Assembly: GCA_965153455.1 (NCBI GenBank)
Contig: OZ234493.1
Coordinates: forward strand, 34,834,213-34,898,212
Origin: Sphagnum compactum
Lineage: Eukaryota
Reading direction: 5' to 3'
Length of the DNA: 64,000 bases
Shown: piece after piece, positions 27,201-40,855 of the stretch
How positions within the stretch are numbered: position 1 is the first letter of the stretch
Layout: each line of letters opens with the position of its first letter
Made by a program: the position numbers and the translations under genes
The notes under the pieces: generated by a model
The model's input: the letters and a program-made list of their open reading frames with translations, nothing else
Database searches by the model: none
Told to the model about the DNA's origin: nothing

Positions 27201-28949
27201 TTGGGATATTTTATAGGGACTCAAAACATGATATATTAAAGCAAAAGGAACATAGATGTAAAAGTTTTGTTAAAAACTTTAACCCCATAAAAAGTTAAGG
27301 ACTTTTAAATGTCTTAAAATGAACCTTATTTTCAAAAGTTCATATCATAATCATTTTTTATGGATTTCAATATTTTTTGCTCTTGAAATGGATGTTAAAA
27401 AGTTATCTAATTGGGCTTTTATTCATATAACCACCTTGTAGTCCCCCACTTAAGCAATGGTATCATATTATATTATCATTTTAACACTAATGAATGAATT
27501 TTTAATGAACTATTTATCTATCATAATTGGATTGTTGTATTTTGCAACCACCCTAGTGGAAACCTGAAACTTTTATATCCTTATTATGTGGTTGGCTATG
27601 CATGGACTTGTCTTGTGATTGTAAATGTCACATTTTATCCATGTGAACAAGGTTGTGACTATTGTGGTTGGTCAATTGATTTTCAATTTTGTTTCTATTT
27701 TTTCAAGTGTATCCTTTTTTTTCAATTTGGTGAAATGGTGGAAGATTTGAAATTTACAAAAGGTTTTCCTTTTTGGTAGCATAAAATTAGTTTAGATAAA
27801 AGCAAGACTTGAAGATGTTTGTTTAATGTTCATTACGTAACTATACAATATTTTGAAGATTTCAACATGATTGAGCTTAGAGTTACACATTAATTGAAAT
27901 CTATAAATTTCATTTGATAGGTTTTGATTGCTACAACAAAACTTAAAGTCTTGCTAAAGATATCATCTAAGCAACAACTATAATAAGTTAGTTTTTTCAA
28001 ATGTTAGGTGTGTAATTTGTGTTTGAATATATGTGTTGATCAACATAGCTCATTTGTGTTTCTACTTGAACCTTGCCATATACATGCATATGGTATTGCA
28101 TTCAAATCAAGAGCTTGAGCTTGCTAACTTCAACTATAGTTTTGAGTTTTGTTTTGTTTTGTTTTGTTTTTGGCATTATTAATTGTTGGATTTTGAAATA
28201 GTATTGGTCAAGATGAGCATGTTACATTCTTGGTTTCCTAGTTTTTCAAAGTGTTTAGGTTTTTTTTTTTGTCATTTATGGTAATATACTTGTTTTGGGT
28301 TCTTCCAAAGTGTCAAAATTTTGATCTAAACAATGTTCCTTTCAAGATATCTTCTATTGTTTTCTTTGTTGTAGGTTGTTTGGTGTTGGGAGGATATTAT
28401 GTCAAAGTTATTATACTAAAAGGCAATTAATTATAATCTAATGGAGTTCAACATTGCATTACAACATTATCTTCTTGGTGTTCTAATGGCATTTAATCTT
28501 AGATTGCAAAAACCTCATGCTCTAGGTTCAATTTGATTGTTGTGTGTCGTTTTGTAGAGCTATGTTGTTGAGAAATGAAAAATCTATAAACCACATATTA
28601 ATGTGTAAATCTTGTCAAAAAAACTGGATGCTGGCAAACCTTTAAACTTAATTTTACAAAATCATGTCATCAATAATAAACCAAATATTATTATTAATAA
28701 ATGTTAAATAAAATAATTTATTTTTAAAATTGTACCATATCTTGTTCAATGCTCCAATTACAAGGACATAGACAATGCAAAATGCATGGAATCATTGTGA
28801 ATGTTCCAACAAATTTGAAAATGTATTACCTCTGGTGCCATAAAAAAAAAATTAAAATTTTTTTCTAAAAAAAATTGGAATACAATATAACACATTAGTG
28901 CAAAACCTATTAAATCCTAAATAGATTATTGATGAAAATTCACAATCAT

Positions 28950-31622
28950 TGACAATTATTCCAAGAGAAGGTTTTCAACCACTTGGATTATTCCATCATG
29001 CACATTTTGAGAAATATAAATTTTCTATGTTGTTTTTTGGCCATACAATACCATCTTTTGCATGTTCATACCAAAAAAACACGTTGAACTCACAAGTGTT
29101 AATAGGAAAAATTCATATCATATAATAAATATATATTTCCAAACAATTGAAATCTTGATACATTTTATATTATCTTCTACATGGATCCATATCCAAAAAG
29201 AAAAATTATCATATCGAATTCACATAAGTAGCAATGTGTCAAATAATGTAAACTTAAACAAAAAATTGAAATCAAATTTAGGTTATAGAAAACTAGCTTG
29301 TATAAAAACATCCCTATATTATTTAAATTGTCTTCAAAAAAAATGTTTTGCAACAATTAAACAACTTGGCTTGTAATTTTTTTTGTAACATTTATCACAA
29401 GTGTAAATAATTGGCCTATTATTTTTTTAGGTATGTTATTATGAACATAAAACTAATATTTTTAGAAAAAAAATAATGACACTTATTTTTAATCAATGAA
29501 ATGAACAATTTTTTATTTTAAAAAAATCAATCAACAAGTTTAGTTCATGACCATGGATTGATATTGTTTATATATGCTCCTATTTTTGGAATTTTTACAA
29601 ACAAAGAAATTAATTTTTTTGTACTTCCAATCTTTGTGAAACAACAACTCAATTTTTTTAAAAACCTGTTGACATGGGATAAGGTGTAGAAATTCCATTT
29701 GATGACTTTCCTTCAAATTATTTACAAATAAATAAAGACACTTATTTACTTGCTTTACAATGCAAATTACAAAAACCAAAATTCTATTTAAAACATAAAC
29801 CAAATTATATATAAACAAATGTATTTAGCATACATGTAGGACCTTTATGCAAAGCAAATATAGATGCACAATTTATTTTATATCCATATGCTTTTGCATC
29901 TTATTACTTTGTTCATTTTTAAAAATTAACAAAATTTGTGACACAAAAAATCAAATCCATATTTGACAAATGTAAATGTGAAGACATTAAAGCATTTGAG
30001 TGAATTTTTAAAAATTAAGGAATGCACACCAAATGTCAATATAACAAATAATACAATATTGTGTCAATTCCATTATATCATTGCACAAGATCATTTCAAT
30101 TTGTAAACATATGTGCAAAACATGATAGAACTTTTATATTTTATTACAAAAAATAGATTATTTATCCCTAACTTCAACAAAAATTCACTTTAAATCATTA
30201 ATTGATAAATACAAAGCACGAAATCAAACATTAAATCACCTTTGTTTAGCAAAATTTGTTACAAATTGTGATATGAAAACATGTAACAAATGTAAACATA
30301 TTAAAATTATTTGTTGGATCTCATTTAATTTTCATAAAGATCCAAAAAACCATTATAAAAAGTTATTACTTTTATTTAAACCTTTCAATATACTAGAAAT
30401 TAAGTTAAAAGGTCAACATTTTTTCATGGAAAGATGTCTATGTGAATGCAAAAGATGACATTGAAAAATCTAAAGAAAATTTGTATATAATTTTCATATT
30501 TCAAATGAATATGGTGATGAATGCAATAATTTACAATCACAAGAACAAGAGTACACCAAAATACGTGAAATGATTTTTTAAGGAAATATTTTAGATGAAA
30601 TTCTTTTTAATGCAAATAATCCACAAAACAACAATATGTTTACAAATAACAAAGAAGTTGAACTGTATGATTTAACATATGAACAATTTTTTTAATTCAA
30701 AAAATTCAGAAAAATAAAACATCGATTCATAATCTTTCCAATTAACAAATAGATGAATGCATACCATATGTTGAAGAATTTTCATCAAACATGAGAAAAC
30801 TTAATGATGAACAAATATTTACTATAGATGATATTATGTATGTACAAACTAAATATCTTTTAAAACCTTTACACATTTTTCTAACAAAAGGTGAATGCAC
30901 ATGAAATTTTTTCGCATTAATGTTATACCGTACAAAGCATGTTAAAATATTACATAAAAATATATTCGAAATGTTGACCTTATAAAACCAAAAGTCATGA
31001 CATTAACATACACGAGAAAAACAATGATACAACCATGGATTTTGCACTTGCCATTCCTTTAAACAAAAATCTTGATGAATTCAAAGCATTGAGTGATGAA
31101 AAACATGATAATTTAATAAAAACTTACAATCAACTATGATTGTTAGTAATAAATGAAATATCATTAGTGCACAACAAAATTTTAACATTTATTGATCGTA
31201 GACTACATGTAATAAAACAAATTCAATCAATTTATTGGGAGTTTTGATTTTATAATGACATGTGATTTTTACCAACTTCCTCCAATTTGTGATTCACGGA
31301 TTTTTAAATTTAAAAATAACAAATTCAATATTTTGGGAACAAAATTTTGGCAAGAAAATGTTATGAATTACAAAAAGTGATGCGCAAAATTATTTTCATT
31401 TCATTAACATTTTGAATAGGTTTCAAACTACTTCACAGAAAAATGAGAACATAAATTTCATCAATAATATTTGTTTAAAGTTGCCACCAATAGACAACAC
31501 ACTAGCACATTCTATATAAACCTTAAAACCACTACCCGTAATAAAATTATATATGAAAAAATTCCATGTCAAACATTCAAATTGATAATATTGCCATTTT
31601 TCACACATGTGGTTTCCATCAT

Positions 31623-31673
<51 letters not shown>

Positions 31674-32830
31674 AGTAGAATTATAGGTTGGAAATTATGC
31701 AACATTATATGGTCTTGTAAATGGCGTAGATGGCATTTTTCAAGATTATACATTATTTTTTTCAAAACCATTAATATGAGTAAATTTTTGCAATTCATGA
31801 ATTTGAGCTAATAAACAAATTAAACACTCACATATGCAAAGAATTCCCTATAATTGACAAAAATTGGACACCAATTGAATGAAAATTTACTAAAATACAA
31901 ATAAATAGCAACCTTTCTCATATTATCACAATGGTTCAATTCCCTATTCAATTGGTTGCAGGACGCACCATTCATTATGCACAAGGTTTAACTTTTGATC
32001 ATCTTGCATTTGAATCAATTAGTGTAACAAACATGGGATAATGCATACAACATTATCTCAAATTCGTTTTAAAGAACACCTATCCATCATGAAACAAAAA
32101 CTTTCAAATAGATTCTTTTGTACAACAAAAAATTCATTGTCTCATAATAACTACATGATATGAAATAATGATCGCTTGTTTAAAGTCATAGCATAAAAAA
32201 TTTATTGTCATAAAATTTTAAATACTTGTTCCTTAAAATCACATTTCCAAAACATTATTAAATATCCAAATTTACTTGCATAGCATATTTCGTTTAAATG
32301 AAACAAGAATTCAAACACACCGAGAAATTTACAACGTTATGTCAAAAAAATAAATCTCATCATGTCATAATGGCCATGGAACAATGATATTTTGTGATGT
32401 AATAATATATTTATCACATAAATTTTTAACAACAAATTAAAGTGTTGCTTTTTATTTGTATTTTTCAATGAAAACACATGAAAAGCTTTGTACATAATTG
32501 CAATTTATAAACCACCACAAATGAACACAATTCTTTTCATTCCTAAATTATAATTTTAAAAATGCCTAACAATTTTCCAACCATAATAATAGGAGATTTT
32601 AACATAAACATGTTAAACAAATACACCTAAATCAATAACGTTGCAAAATTATATAAACAAACACAAATTTTTGAATTGTTTCTATGTATCAAAAGCACAA
32701 CCCTAAATAATATGCAAATAGATCATATATGGATTAATAATTTAACATATAAACAATGTCGTGTTGGATCACCACAAGCTTATTGGACAAATCATAACCC
32801 TATATATTTTGCATTCAAATTACCAAATTA
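28950..32830 (+). pseudogene. Decayed Helitron/Helentron Rep-PIF1 helicase-APE endonuclease ORF
   Basis: Colinear motif remnants. Rep: IIPREGFQPLGLF (~28955), CFATIKQLG (~29345), HUH-like HDHGL..APIFG (29546), ANIDAQFI (~29855). PIF1: LLVINEISLV (~31140), DFYQLPPI (~31265), QFPIQLVAGRTIHYAQGLTFD (~31937). Endonuclease: AIYKPP (~32500), IIIGDFN (~32585), IDHIW (~32718), YWTNHNPIY (~32781). Many stops and frameshifts. Confidence 0.8.
31625..31670. repeat. (AT)n microsatellite interrupting the Helentron remnant
   Basis: Perfect AT run. Confidence 0.95.
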
Positions 32831-33104
32831 TATTCCTCAATCTACTTTACCATCCGCTCATCAAACAATTAAAACTTAAATTAAATTACACCTACATCTT
32901 CTATTTATTTTTCAAATCCTTAAATTGGCAGGGCCCAATCTTTTTGTGATGACCAAGCAACTTGGTGATGAGTGATGACCCCCCACCGCCCCGCCCCCAC
33001 CCCACAAAAAGCATATTCAAGAATTGCATTGCGAAGTCACGACCTTTTGTCACAGCAGAAGATATATGTCCATGGAGAGAGTTTTCCTGAAAGTAATCCT
33101 CTCT

Positions 33105-33345
33105 TTTCACCCTGTCTTTGGGCCTCTTTTCATCCACTATCCCCTCCGTGAGCGAGGTCCCCAAAGTACGGAAATTTTATTAAATCTGGGTATGAAATGC
33201 TGAAACTCAGCATCTAATGCACAGGGTTCGAGAGTAATTATAGTAGTTGTACATGTAGGAGCAAAGTGAGAATATATGTAGCCAGCCAGCAGTGGAGGCG
33301 CTCAGGAAAAAGGAAAGAGGGGGTCAAAACTCGATGAAACTCAGT
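33105..33345 (+). repeat. Dispersed repeat family member; other copies at 24590-24830 (direct) and 35390-35479 + 47585-47622 (inverted, split by the MULE)
   Basis: Shared blocks TCACCCTGTCTTTG..CTATCCCCTC, CAAAGTA.GGAAATTTTATTAAATCT.G.TATGAAATG and CAGTGGAGGCGCTCAGGAAAAAGGAAAGAGGGGG (the last block only in the two direct copies). Confidence 0.8.
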
Positions 33346-33509
33346 TTTGGCACAAAAAAAAGTGGTGCATTTCTGAGTTTGACCTCCCTGCCCATTGAAG
33401 GCTAATGTACTTTTCTGCAGGTTTTTTGTTTTGAATCTCACCCGGTTTCGACCAAACTCAGGGTACCGATGCCGTGTTGTCCTGACTTCACGGAAAACTC
33501 TATTTGTTT

Positions 33510-33968
33510 TTATGTAGATGGGGTGCAACTTCCAATCACAGGACTTCAAACCTTCCACAGTCACTTGTTCTCCAGAGTTTCCACGTTGACACCACTTGCT
33601 GCATTTATAAGTATCTTGTAAGTTCAGTATCTTAGTAGTAGTGTGCTGCGTCATGTGTGTTTTATGTAGATGCGTGCAGCGTCATGTGTTTCATGTCGAT
33701 GTGTGCAGCGTCGTCATGTGTTTCATGTAAATGGGTGCAACTTCCAATCAAAGGATTTCAAACCTTCCACAGTCACTAGTTCTGGAAGATGTTCCATGTC
33801 GACACCACTTGCTGCATATATAAGTATCTTTGTAAGTTTAGTATCTTAGTAGTAGTGTGCAGCGTCATGTGTTTTTTATGTAGATCGGGTGCAACTTCCA
33901 ATCACGGGATTTCAAACCTTCCACAGTCACTTGTTCTGGGAGAGTTTCCATGTTGACACCACTTGCAC
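33510..33968. repeat. Three tandem copies of a ~150-210 bp unit
   Basis: GGGTGCAACTTCCAATCA..GGA.TTCAAACCTTCCACAGTCACT..TTCT...GACACCACTTGC at ~33522, ~33733 and ~33887. Confidence 0.9.
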
Positions 33969-34304
33969 AAGTACCTTGCAACTTTTTAGTAGTTTGGTTT
34001 GGTTGTGCAGCATCTGGTCTGTAACTTAACCTCTTCCAGGGACCTCTTACAAAAAGCTTTTGTGGGAATGAGTTTTTTTATATTTAAAAACACCACCTGT
34101 CAGCATTTCTTGGCAAAGTTAATGGAGAAGGAGTTTCTAGAGTCAACATTTTTCCTTTGGGATGAGTTAAGCATAATTTATGAATAAAAATATTCCTATG
34201 TCAGTTTAATAGGTAAGAAAAGAAGAAACAAAATCAAATCCAACATTTGGGTTGAGATTTTTATTGTAGATTCTGTTACTGATAATCAAACAAGTTTTTG
34301 CTGA

Positions 34305-34500
34305 AACATTCTATTATTTTGGAAACAAAAAAAAGGGGGTTCTGCAAGCAATCCCAATTTGAGTTTTTCAACAAATTTTGCTGAAATATTCTATTATTTT
34401 GAAAAATGGGTCCTGCAAGCAATCCCAATTTGAGTTTTTCAACATACTCTATTATTTTGAAAAATGGTGTCATGCAATCCCAATATGAGTTTTTCAGAAT
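34305..34500. repeat. ~60-80 bp tandem repeat, 3 units
   Basis: CTATTATTTTG.AAA...GCAATCCCAAT.TGAGTTTTTCA repeated. Confidence 0.8.
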
Positions 34501-35724
34501 TTTGATAGTTGAAGAAGACAAGTCAATAAGGTCCAGTTTGTATTTTGCAGTGGTAAAGCCAATGGGTAGAAGATCAACAATGATTCTTGTCTTGAAGACA
34601 TGCGGGAAAAGGAACTAGAAGGAAGACAAATGGGCCAATGCTTGACAAATTTAATCACGTGTTACAAAACATTTCACTTTGGAAAAAAAATTCTTATGCA
34701 AAACTTATGTTAGGGCAAAAGGATTTCACAATCTTTGGATTTACTAAGTTTGTTGGTTCTTGCAAGAGTTAACATTCGAGGGTCCTCGAATCCTCAAGTG
34801 TTGACAAAATTCAAGGTGTTTCTATTCTTTGAATTTTGAACCTTTGCTATTACTAGCTTGGGAAAATGATTTGCAAGTTGAACAAATATCGGAAGCATTC
34901 CAAACACAAACTTCCTAAGATACAATCAACTCTTAAGGAGAGAGGAAATAGTGTTAAGAATCAAATGAATGCCACAATGTTGACCTACAAATAAGCTAAG
35001 CCTATTTTCTATAAGTCCCTAATAAAAAGAACTCCGTCAATCCTATGTAATAGAAATACAACATAAAATGAGCAAGCTTTTGTCAGAATTGACAGAGTTG
35101 ATGATGATTTGCATCTATTGAACATGAAGTTCATTTGAAATGAAGTTTCCTTTCTATAATTGAAAAAAATGAATGTTATTCAAATTCCACGATAATAATA
35201 CAACAAATGAGTGATAAGAATTATTGGTTCAATTTTCAACACATGTGTTAAAATAATATTTGGGTATAGTTGTAGCAAATTGACAAACCAAATTTATTAT
35301 AAACATGGGTGAAATAAACCATCGCTATTTTGTAAGTAGCATAGGGGCAATTGGAATAATACATAAGGTTTTGTATTTTCACTACTTCAACCTATACAAC
35401 TACTACAATTACTCTTGAGTTTTAACATTTCATATCCAGATTTAATAAAATTCCTTACTTTGTAGACCTCACTCAAAGAGGCAAGAGTGAACTAGCAGCC
35501 ACCAATGCACCAGTTGGCCATTATGTCCACTAGATGGGTTGCGTTTTTTCATTCGGCACCGAATGGGGTTCATCACAGTCCATTTCTTTTTGCTGTTAAC
35601 CACTGTACTTTTTTTTTTTTTTGGTTCTTGGCCGTTTTTCCCTTGGACCTGACCTCACACATAATTACCCTGCTCATTTTCCTACCCTCATCAGTACTGC
35701 ACCAACCTTGGTACCTTATTTATT

Positions 35725-35905
35725 ATCCCCTACTAACACAACTTCCCTAATAACTAGTTATCTTATTGACCTAGCTACTGTACTAACCACCTACCCTACT
35801 AACCTAGCTACCCTATTAATTACATACCCTACTAACTTAACCACTGTACTAATTACCTACCCTATTGACCTGGCTACCCTACATACACAACCACCTTATT
35901 GACAT
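35725..35905. repeat. 33-bp subterminal tandem repeat in the MULE left arm
   Basis: Units of the form CCCTACTAACCTAGCTACCCTATTAATTACCTA. Confidence 0.7.
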
Positions 35906-37637
35906 AAATATTTTACAAACCTAATCACCTTGATAAAGTAACTTGTTTCTTATGTACTAACTTGCCTATCTACTTAACTACCTATCTATCTATGTTTTTT
36001 ACATAGCCAAATACCTAATTAACTACCTACTCACTTTTTCCACCCCCACCCCCCCCCCCTCAATCCTACCTATCAATTTATTAAGGTTCACTCATATGTA
36101 AGTATTACAAACAATTTATAGTGGAAACAATGCCATAATTGCAACCATTTTGGTTTAGTTAATGCATATTTTACTAAATTTTGTTTATCTAATTTATTAT
36201 TAAATGGACATTACAATACTTTTTAATGTAATTATTAAAAGTATGTACTATTATGGTTTAAGTTTAGGGTTGAAACACGTAAATTAATTAATAAATTTTT
36301 CACAAATGTATAGTAATTAATCTAAAATAGGTTAAATTTGGGGGAAAAGTTTTAGGGTTTACACATATGTGAAGTAATACAATTGCATTCTATATCTTCT
36401 TCAAAGAGAGTGGAAAAAATTAGGTTGGAGAGATCACACAAAGGTAAAAGAAATATCTTCTCTTTTGGTTTTATACGAAATTTATTTGATTTTTTTTAAA
36501 GATTAATGTATTTTCTTTCAGTCAATAAATATTTATAGTTTAAAACCTTTAAATTTTGGTTTCTAAATTTTTTCTTATGTTATTTAAATTTTTTTTATTT
36601 TGCATTATATAATTTGTATAATTTGTATAGTTTTTTGGGTTTAGGGCATATATCATTAGGACTTTTTTTTGTTAGGGTTTGTATAATTAGGGTTGTAATA
36701 AGGCTTATGGAAAAATATCATTTGGATTTTTAGGGTTATGCTTTATGATTTAATGTATAGGAATTCGGTTCATATATTTTAGAGCCTAAGGTTTATACTT
36801 TAAATTTTGCTCATTGTATTGGTTTTTGATTTTATCACTTGTTTAGATCTATACCATAATTATGAATTTCCTTTGTCTCCATATGTTCCATATTTGTTAG
36901 AGTTTAGTATTTTCTAACCCACTTTTGTATGAGTTATGATATTTTAAGGTTGTGTTTTCAATTGGGACTACAAACTTTGGTGGAACGTTGTCATCTTTTA
37001 TTCCTAAAGGTATGCATTTGTCTCTTGTTACTTCTTTATATATATATATATATATATATATATTCACAATTCAACCTCTTTTCATTTCCTAGTTATTGGA
37101 TATATAAAGGGCGTCAAATTTCATTAAGTATACAACCATAAATAAAGGTTTTATACCTTTACACGGATATTTCATATTCAATATTTTTTTGTAGTTTGAT
37201 GTTTTCATACCCATATGCGAATAATGCATTGATTTTCCACAAGCAACATGGGTTTCTATGGCCTATGGCAGGTATTGCATTTTGCACCTCTCAAACAATG
37301 TGCATTAATTATCATTATGTGGGTTTTACTACATGGAATTTTCAGACATTGTGGGTTTAAGATACAATCCGGGTATTGCATATGTGAACATTTTTAATGA
37401 TGGAAGGTTTAATAGCTCAATGTGGGTATTGCCAAAGTTTGTTTTAATATATGGGTTCATAATGCAAGTATTGTACGTTATGTACATTAGAACAATAGAT
37501 ATTTTATATCATGATATGGGTATTGTAATGGGAATTCCAAGTCACAACATTGAGTTTAAAGGAGCCATGTATGTATTGCATTTTGGGTTTTTGTTCAATG
37601 ATGAATGTTTATAGAATTATAAATTCTATTGGTGCAG

Positions 37638-40354
37638 GAATTTGTCCTACTTCCTTCAATCATGGGAAGGGTTCCAAAGTCCCATTCCATTCATATCCAA
37701 AACCCCACCAAGTCCCCTTTCTCAAAAAAACACTTGGTGTGGACGTTCGAGATACGCCATGGAGGGCAAAATGAAGTGACCATTCAATTTGCTTATGTTT
37801 CATATGCTTGCATCTCAAAATTCTTGGAAGGTGAATGAGGGGATACGAGCACCCCTGTGGAATGGAATGTTTACAAAAAATTTCCAATCCAAATGGATGT
37901 CAAGCAACCAACTATCAAAAACCACCTCGGCCATACATGGTAAACATTTATTGCATTAACCTTTTTAATTTTTTTAATTCATATACCAAAGATGTAATCA
38001 TTTACGTTTTGAAATTTTTTTGGTCTAAGTATCAATGTGAATATGGACCAAAGGACTATCGGGAAAACTCAACCCGCACTCGATCTATTAAACAAGGATG
38101 CCTAACATCATTCTCAATCAAATGTCTATACACACGACCTGATGTGGCTGAAATCACAATTTATCATAAGGCCCATACACGCTTTAATGGGTCATTCACA
38201 CATGGTGAGCATGACCCGAAGTCCATTTCTCGTATGTCTCATTATGCTCCATGCATGTCACAAGCATTGAAGGACCACATATGGGCCCAACTAAGTTTAG
38301 GTTACATGACCAAACAAATATATGACAAACATAAAACAATTTGGTGGGAACGTGTGAATGCGGGTTAAAGCATGACACGAGATGATTTCATTCGACTTCA
38401 AGACATTGCATATTTAAATCGGAAACATAAGAAAGGGAATTGGCGTTTACACACCAACCCTGCAATTTCAATTCGGTCTTGGGCTCTCCAACATCAGGAA
38501 GATGTGTTCTTTTTCCAAGATGTTGGTGAAATCACGGGATTCAAGTCCCATTCACCATAGGTATTCAAACACCAACTCAATGTGAGTCCATGCTATCATA
38601 TGGTCACAATGGTGCCATTTCTATGGATGCCACATTTGGCACAAATGACATGAAATTCCATCTATTCACCTTGATGGGGTTTGATGATCATCGCACAGGT
38701 GTCCCTTTAGCATGGATCATTACAAGTAGGCAAACAGTTCAAAATTTGATCGAATGGTTGAAACCATTAAAAAATAAGATGTTATCACACATGCCACATT
38801 GGAAACCACCATGTTTTTTCGTTGATGATGCACCTCAAGAGTAGAAGGCATTACGGTTAGTCCTATACCTAGTACCTACTTTATGTTTATTTCCTTAAAT
38901 GTTTTTTAATATCTTTCATAAAAAAATTTATTACTTCAAATGCATTTTATGTTGTACTAACCCCATCCACTCATGGAGATTTTATTGCATATGTGTCTTT
39001 ATTAGGGTCGTATGGGGTATGGACAAGGTTCCCATCTACCTTTGTTGTTGGCATGTTCTCAAAGCATGGCGCTTATGTGGTACTGAAAAAATCAAAGATG
39101 TGGAAGTGCGGGGTGGAATCCTCCAAAACCTTCATGATGTGATGTACATGTCCATCAATCATGGAGAAACAATTAATGACTTCAAAGAGCGCGGGATGAT
39201 TGCTGTGAGAGAAAGCCTTCATAAACATAGGCCTGGTGATGCGTGAACAAATTATTTCTAGATTTATTACCCTCAGTTTGGTAAGTGATAATATTTATCA
39301 TGGTTTAGTATTCAAAATTCTTTTGTATAATGTTATTCATCCTTGTGCATTGTGTTTATGTTTGCAGAATTATGGATGGTGGGTGTTCGAAAAGTGTCCC
39401 ATTCCAACCAAGACACCCAAATAAGCATTGAATCATATCATGGTGCGTTGAAACGTTGGCTTGCTCTTGACACAAAAGGCCTTAGAGGGCGTAGGATTGA
39501 TTGGTTGGTGTGGCGATTAACAACAACCATTGCACACCATTACATGCACACATTGGAAATGAGAAAAATGGGTTTCATAAAAAACAAGGTTATGAAGGCC
39601 ATTATTACACGAAATGTGGAAAAGGCAACCTTTATTCACTCACCCATGTGTCCAACCAACCTTTGAGAGTGATGGAGCTTGGGGCGTACGAAACCAACAC
39701 CTTCCCAATGTTATTTACACGGTGAAATTCCCGTTCACTAAAATATTTTGTTACACATGTGAATGGGCATTGCGAGGGAACATGTGTAAACACCAAATTA
39801 TGGTCATTCTCACATGCACAAACATTTCTCAAGAGGATATCATTCATTACTGTGGAACATGGTATGGATCACATTGTGGAGGGTTGGGTCACATTTTTAC
39901 GGACCCACGACATATTCCAGATGATATGCAGTCCAATGATGATGGTGAAGATGAACATCTTGAAGGTGATGATGGGACCATGGAATTTGATGGGCTCATG
40001 AACATGGAGCAAAATGATCTCCCTATGGGTGCCATTGTAGGGTCTAATGACACAATAAATTCATCAACCCCAATGGAAAGGGCTCTTGCACAATTAGTCA
40101 TTACAATGCAAGAGATCACAAATGAATGTAAAGAAAGCGATGTGACACTTTGTGAACATGCCACCTCACACATGAGAGTATTGGCATGTAATATTCGTAA
40201 CATACACCTCATAAAGGCAAATGCAATTTCACACCCAAGATTGGTGTTACGCCGCATAGAAAATGGATTGCGAAATAGTGTCAAATGGCTCAAAAATTGG
40301 CATGAAACAATGTTTAATCACACAAATGTACATACTAAAGGATGTCACGAATAA
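37638..40354 (+). pseudogene. MULE-type DDE transposase with C-terminal SWIM zinc finger; spliced, disrupted
   Basis: Motifs SMDATFGTN (D1), GVPLAWII, FFVDDAPQE (D2), LCCWHVLKAW (CxxH), IESYHGALK (E), and SWIM-like TCEWALRGNMCKH. Stops at 38366-38368, 38842-38844 and 39244-39246; frameshifts near 38540 and 39640; probable introns at about 37940-38029, 38857-39006 and 39281-39368. Confidence 0.85.
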
Positions 40355-40574
40355 ATGTCTCAATTACTAATCAAGATTGTTGCCATTGGCACTAAGAATT
40401 TTGTTTTAGAATCAATTTTGTATGGAAAAAACCATAGCCCAAATTCTTTGAACATCATGTATCAACACACACATGAAGTCTAATATGGCACAAAGGTTAT
40501 TATTGTTTCCAAGTAAAAAGCACAAAAAGTGTGAAATGCAAAAACACAAGGATAGTGATAATATTAGTGTTAAA

Positions 40575-40855
40575 TGCGGGTATTGTAACTAGGCCCCAAA
40601 ATCCCAGTTGGTAAAAGTAAGTACAAATGCAAATATTACAATTATGCCCTGAAATTCCAATTGGTAAAGGTAAGTACGGGTGCAGGTATTGCAACGAAGC
40701 CCCAAAATTCCAGTTGGTAGAGGCAAGTACGGTTGTAAGTATTGCAACAAAAGCCCAAAATTCCAGTTGGTAAAGGTAAGTGTGGGTGTAGGTATTGCAA
40801 CGAAAGCCCAAAATTTTAGTCGGTAGAGGTAAATATAAGTCCGGGTATTACAAAT
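40575..40855. repeat. ~53-bp tandem repeat inside the MULE, each unit carrying GGTATTGCA
   Basis: GGTATTGCAAC.AAGCCCAAAATTCCAGTTGGTA.AGGTAAGTAC repeated about 5 times. Confidence 0.85.
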
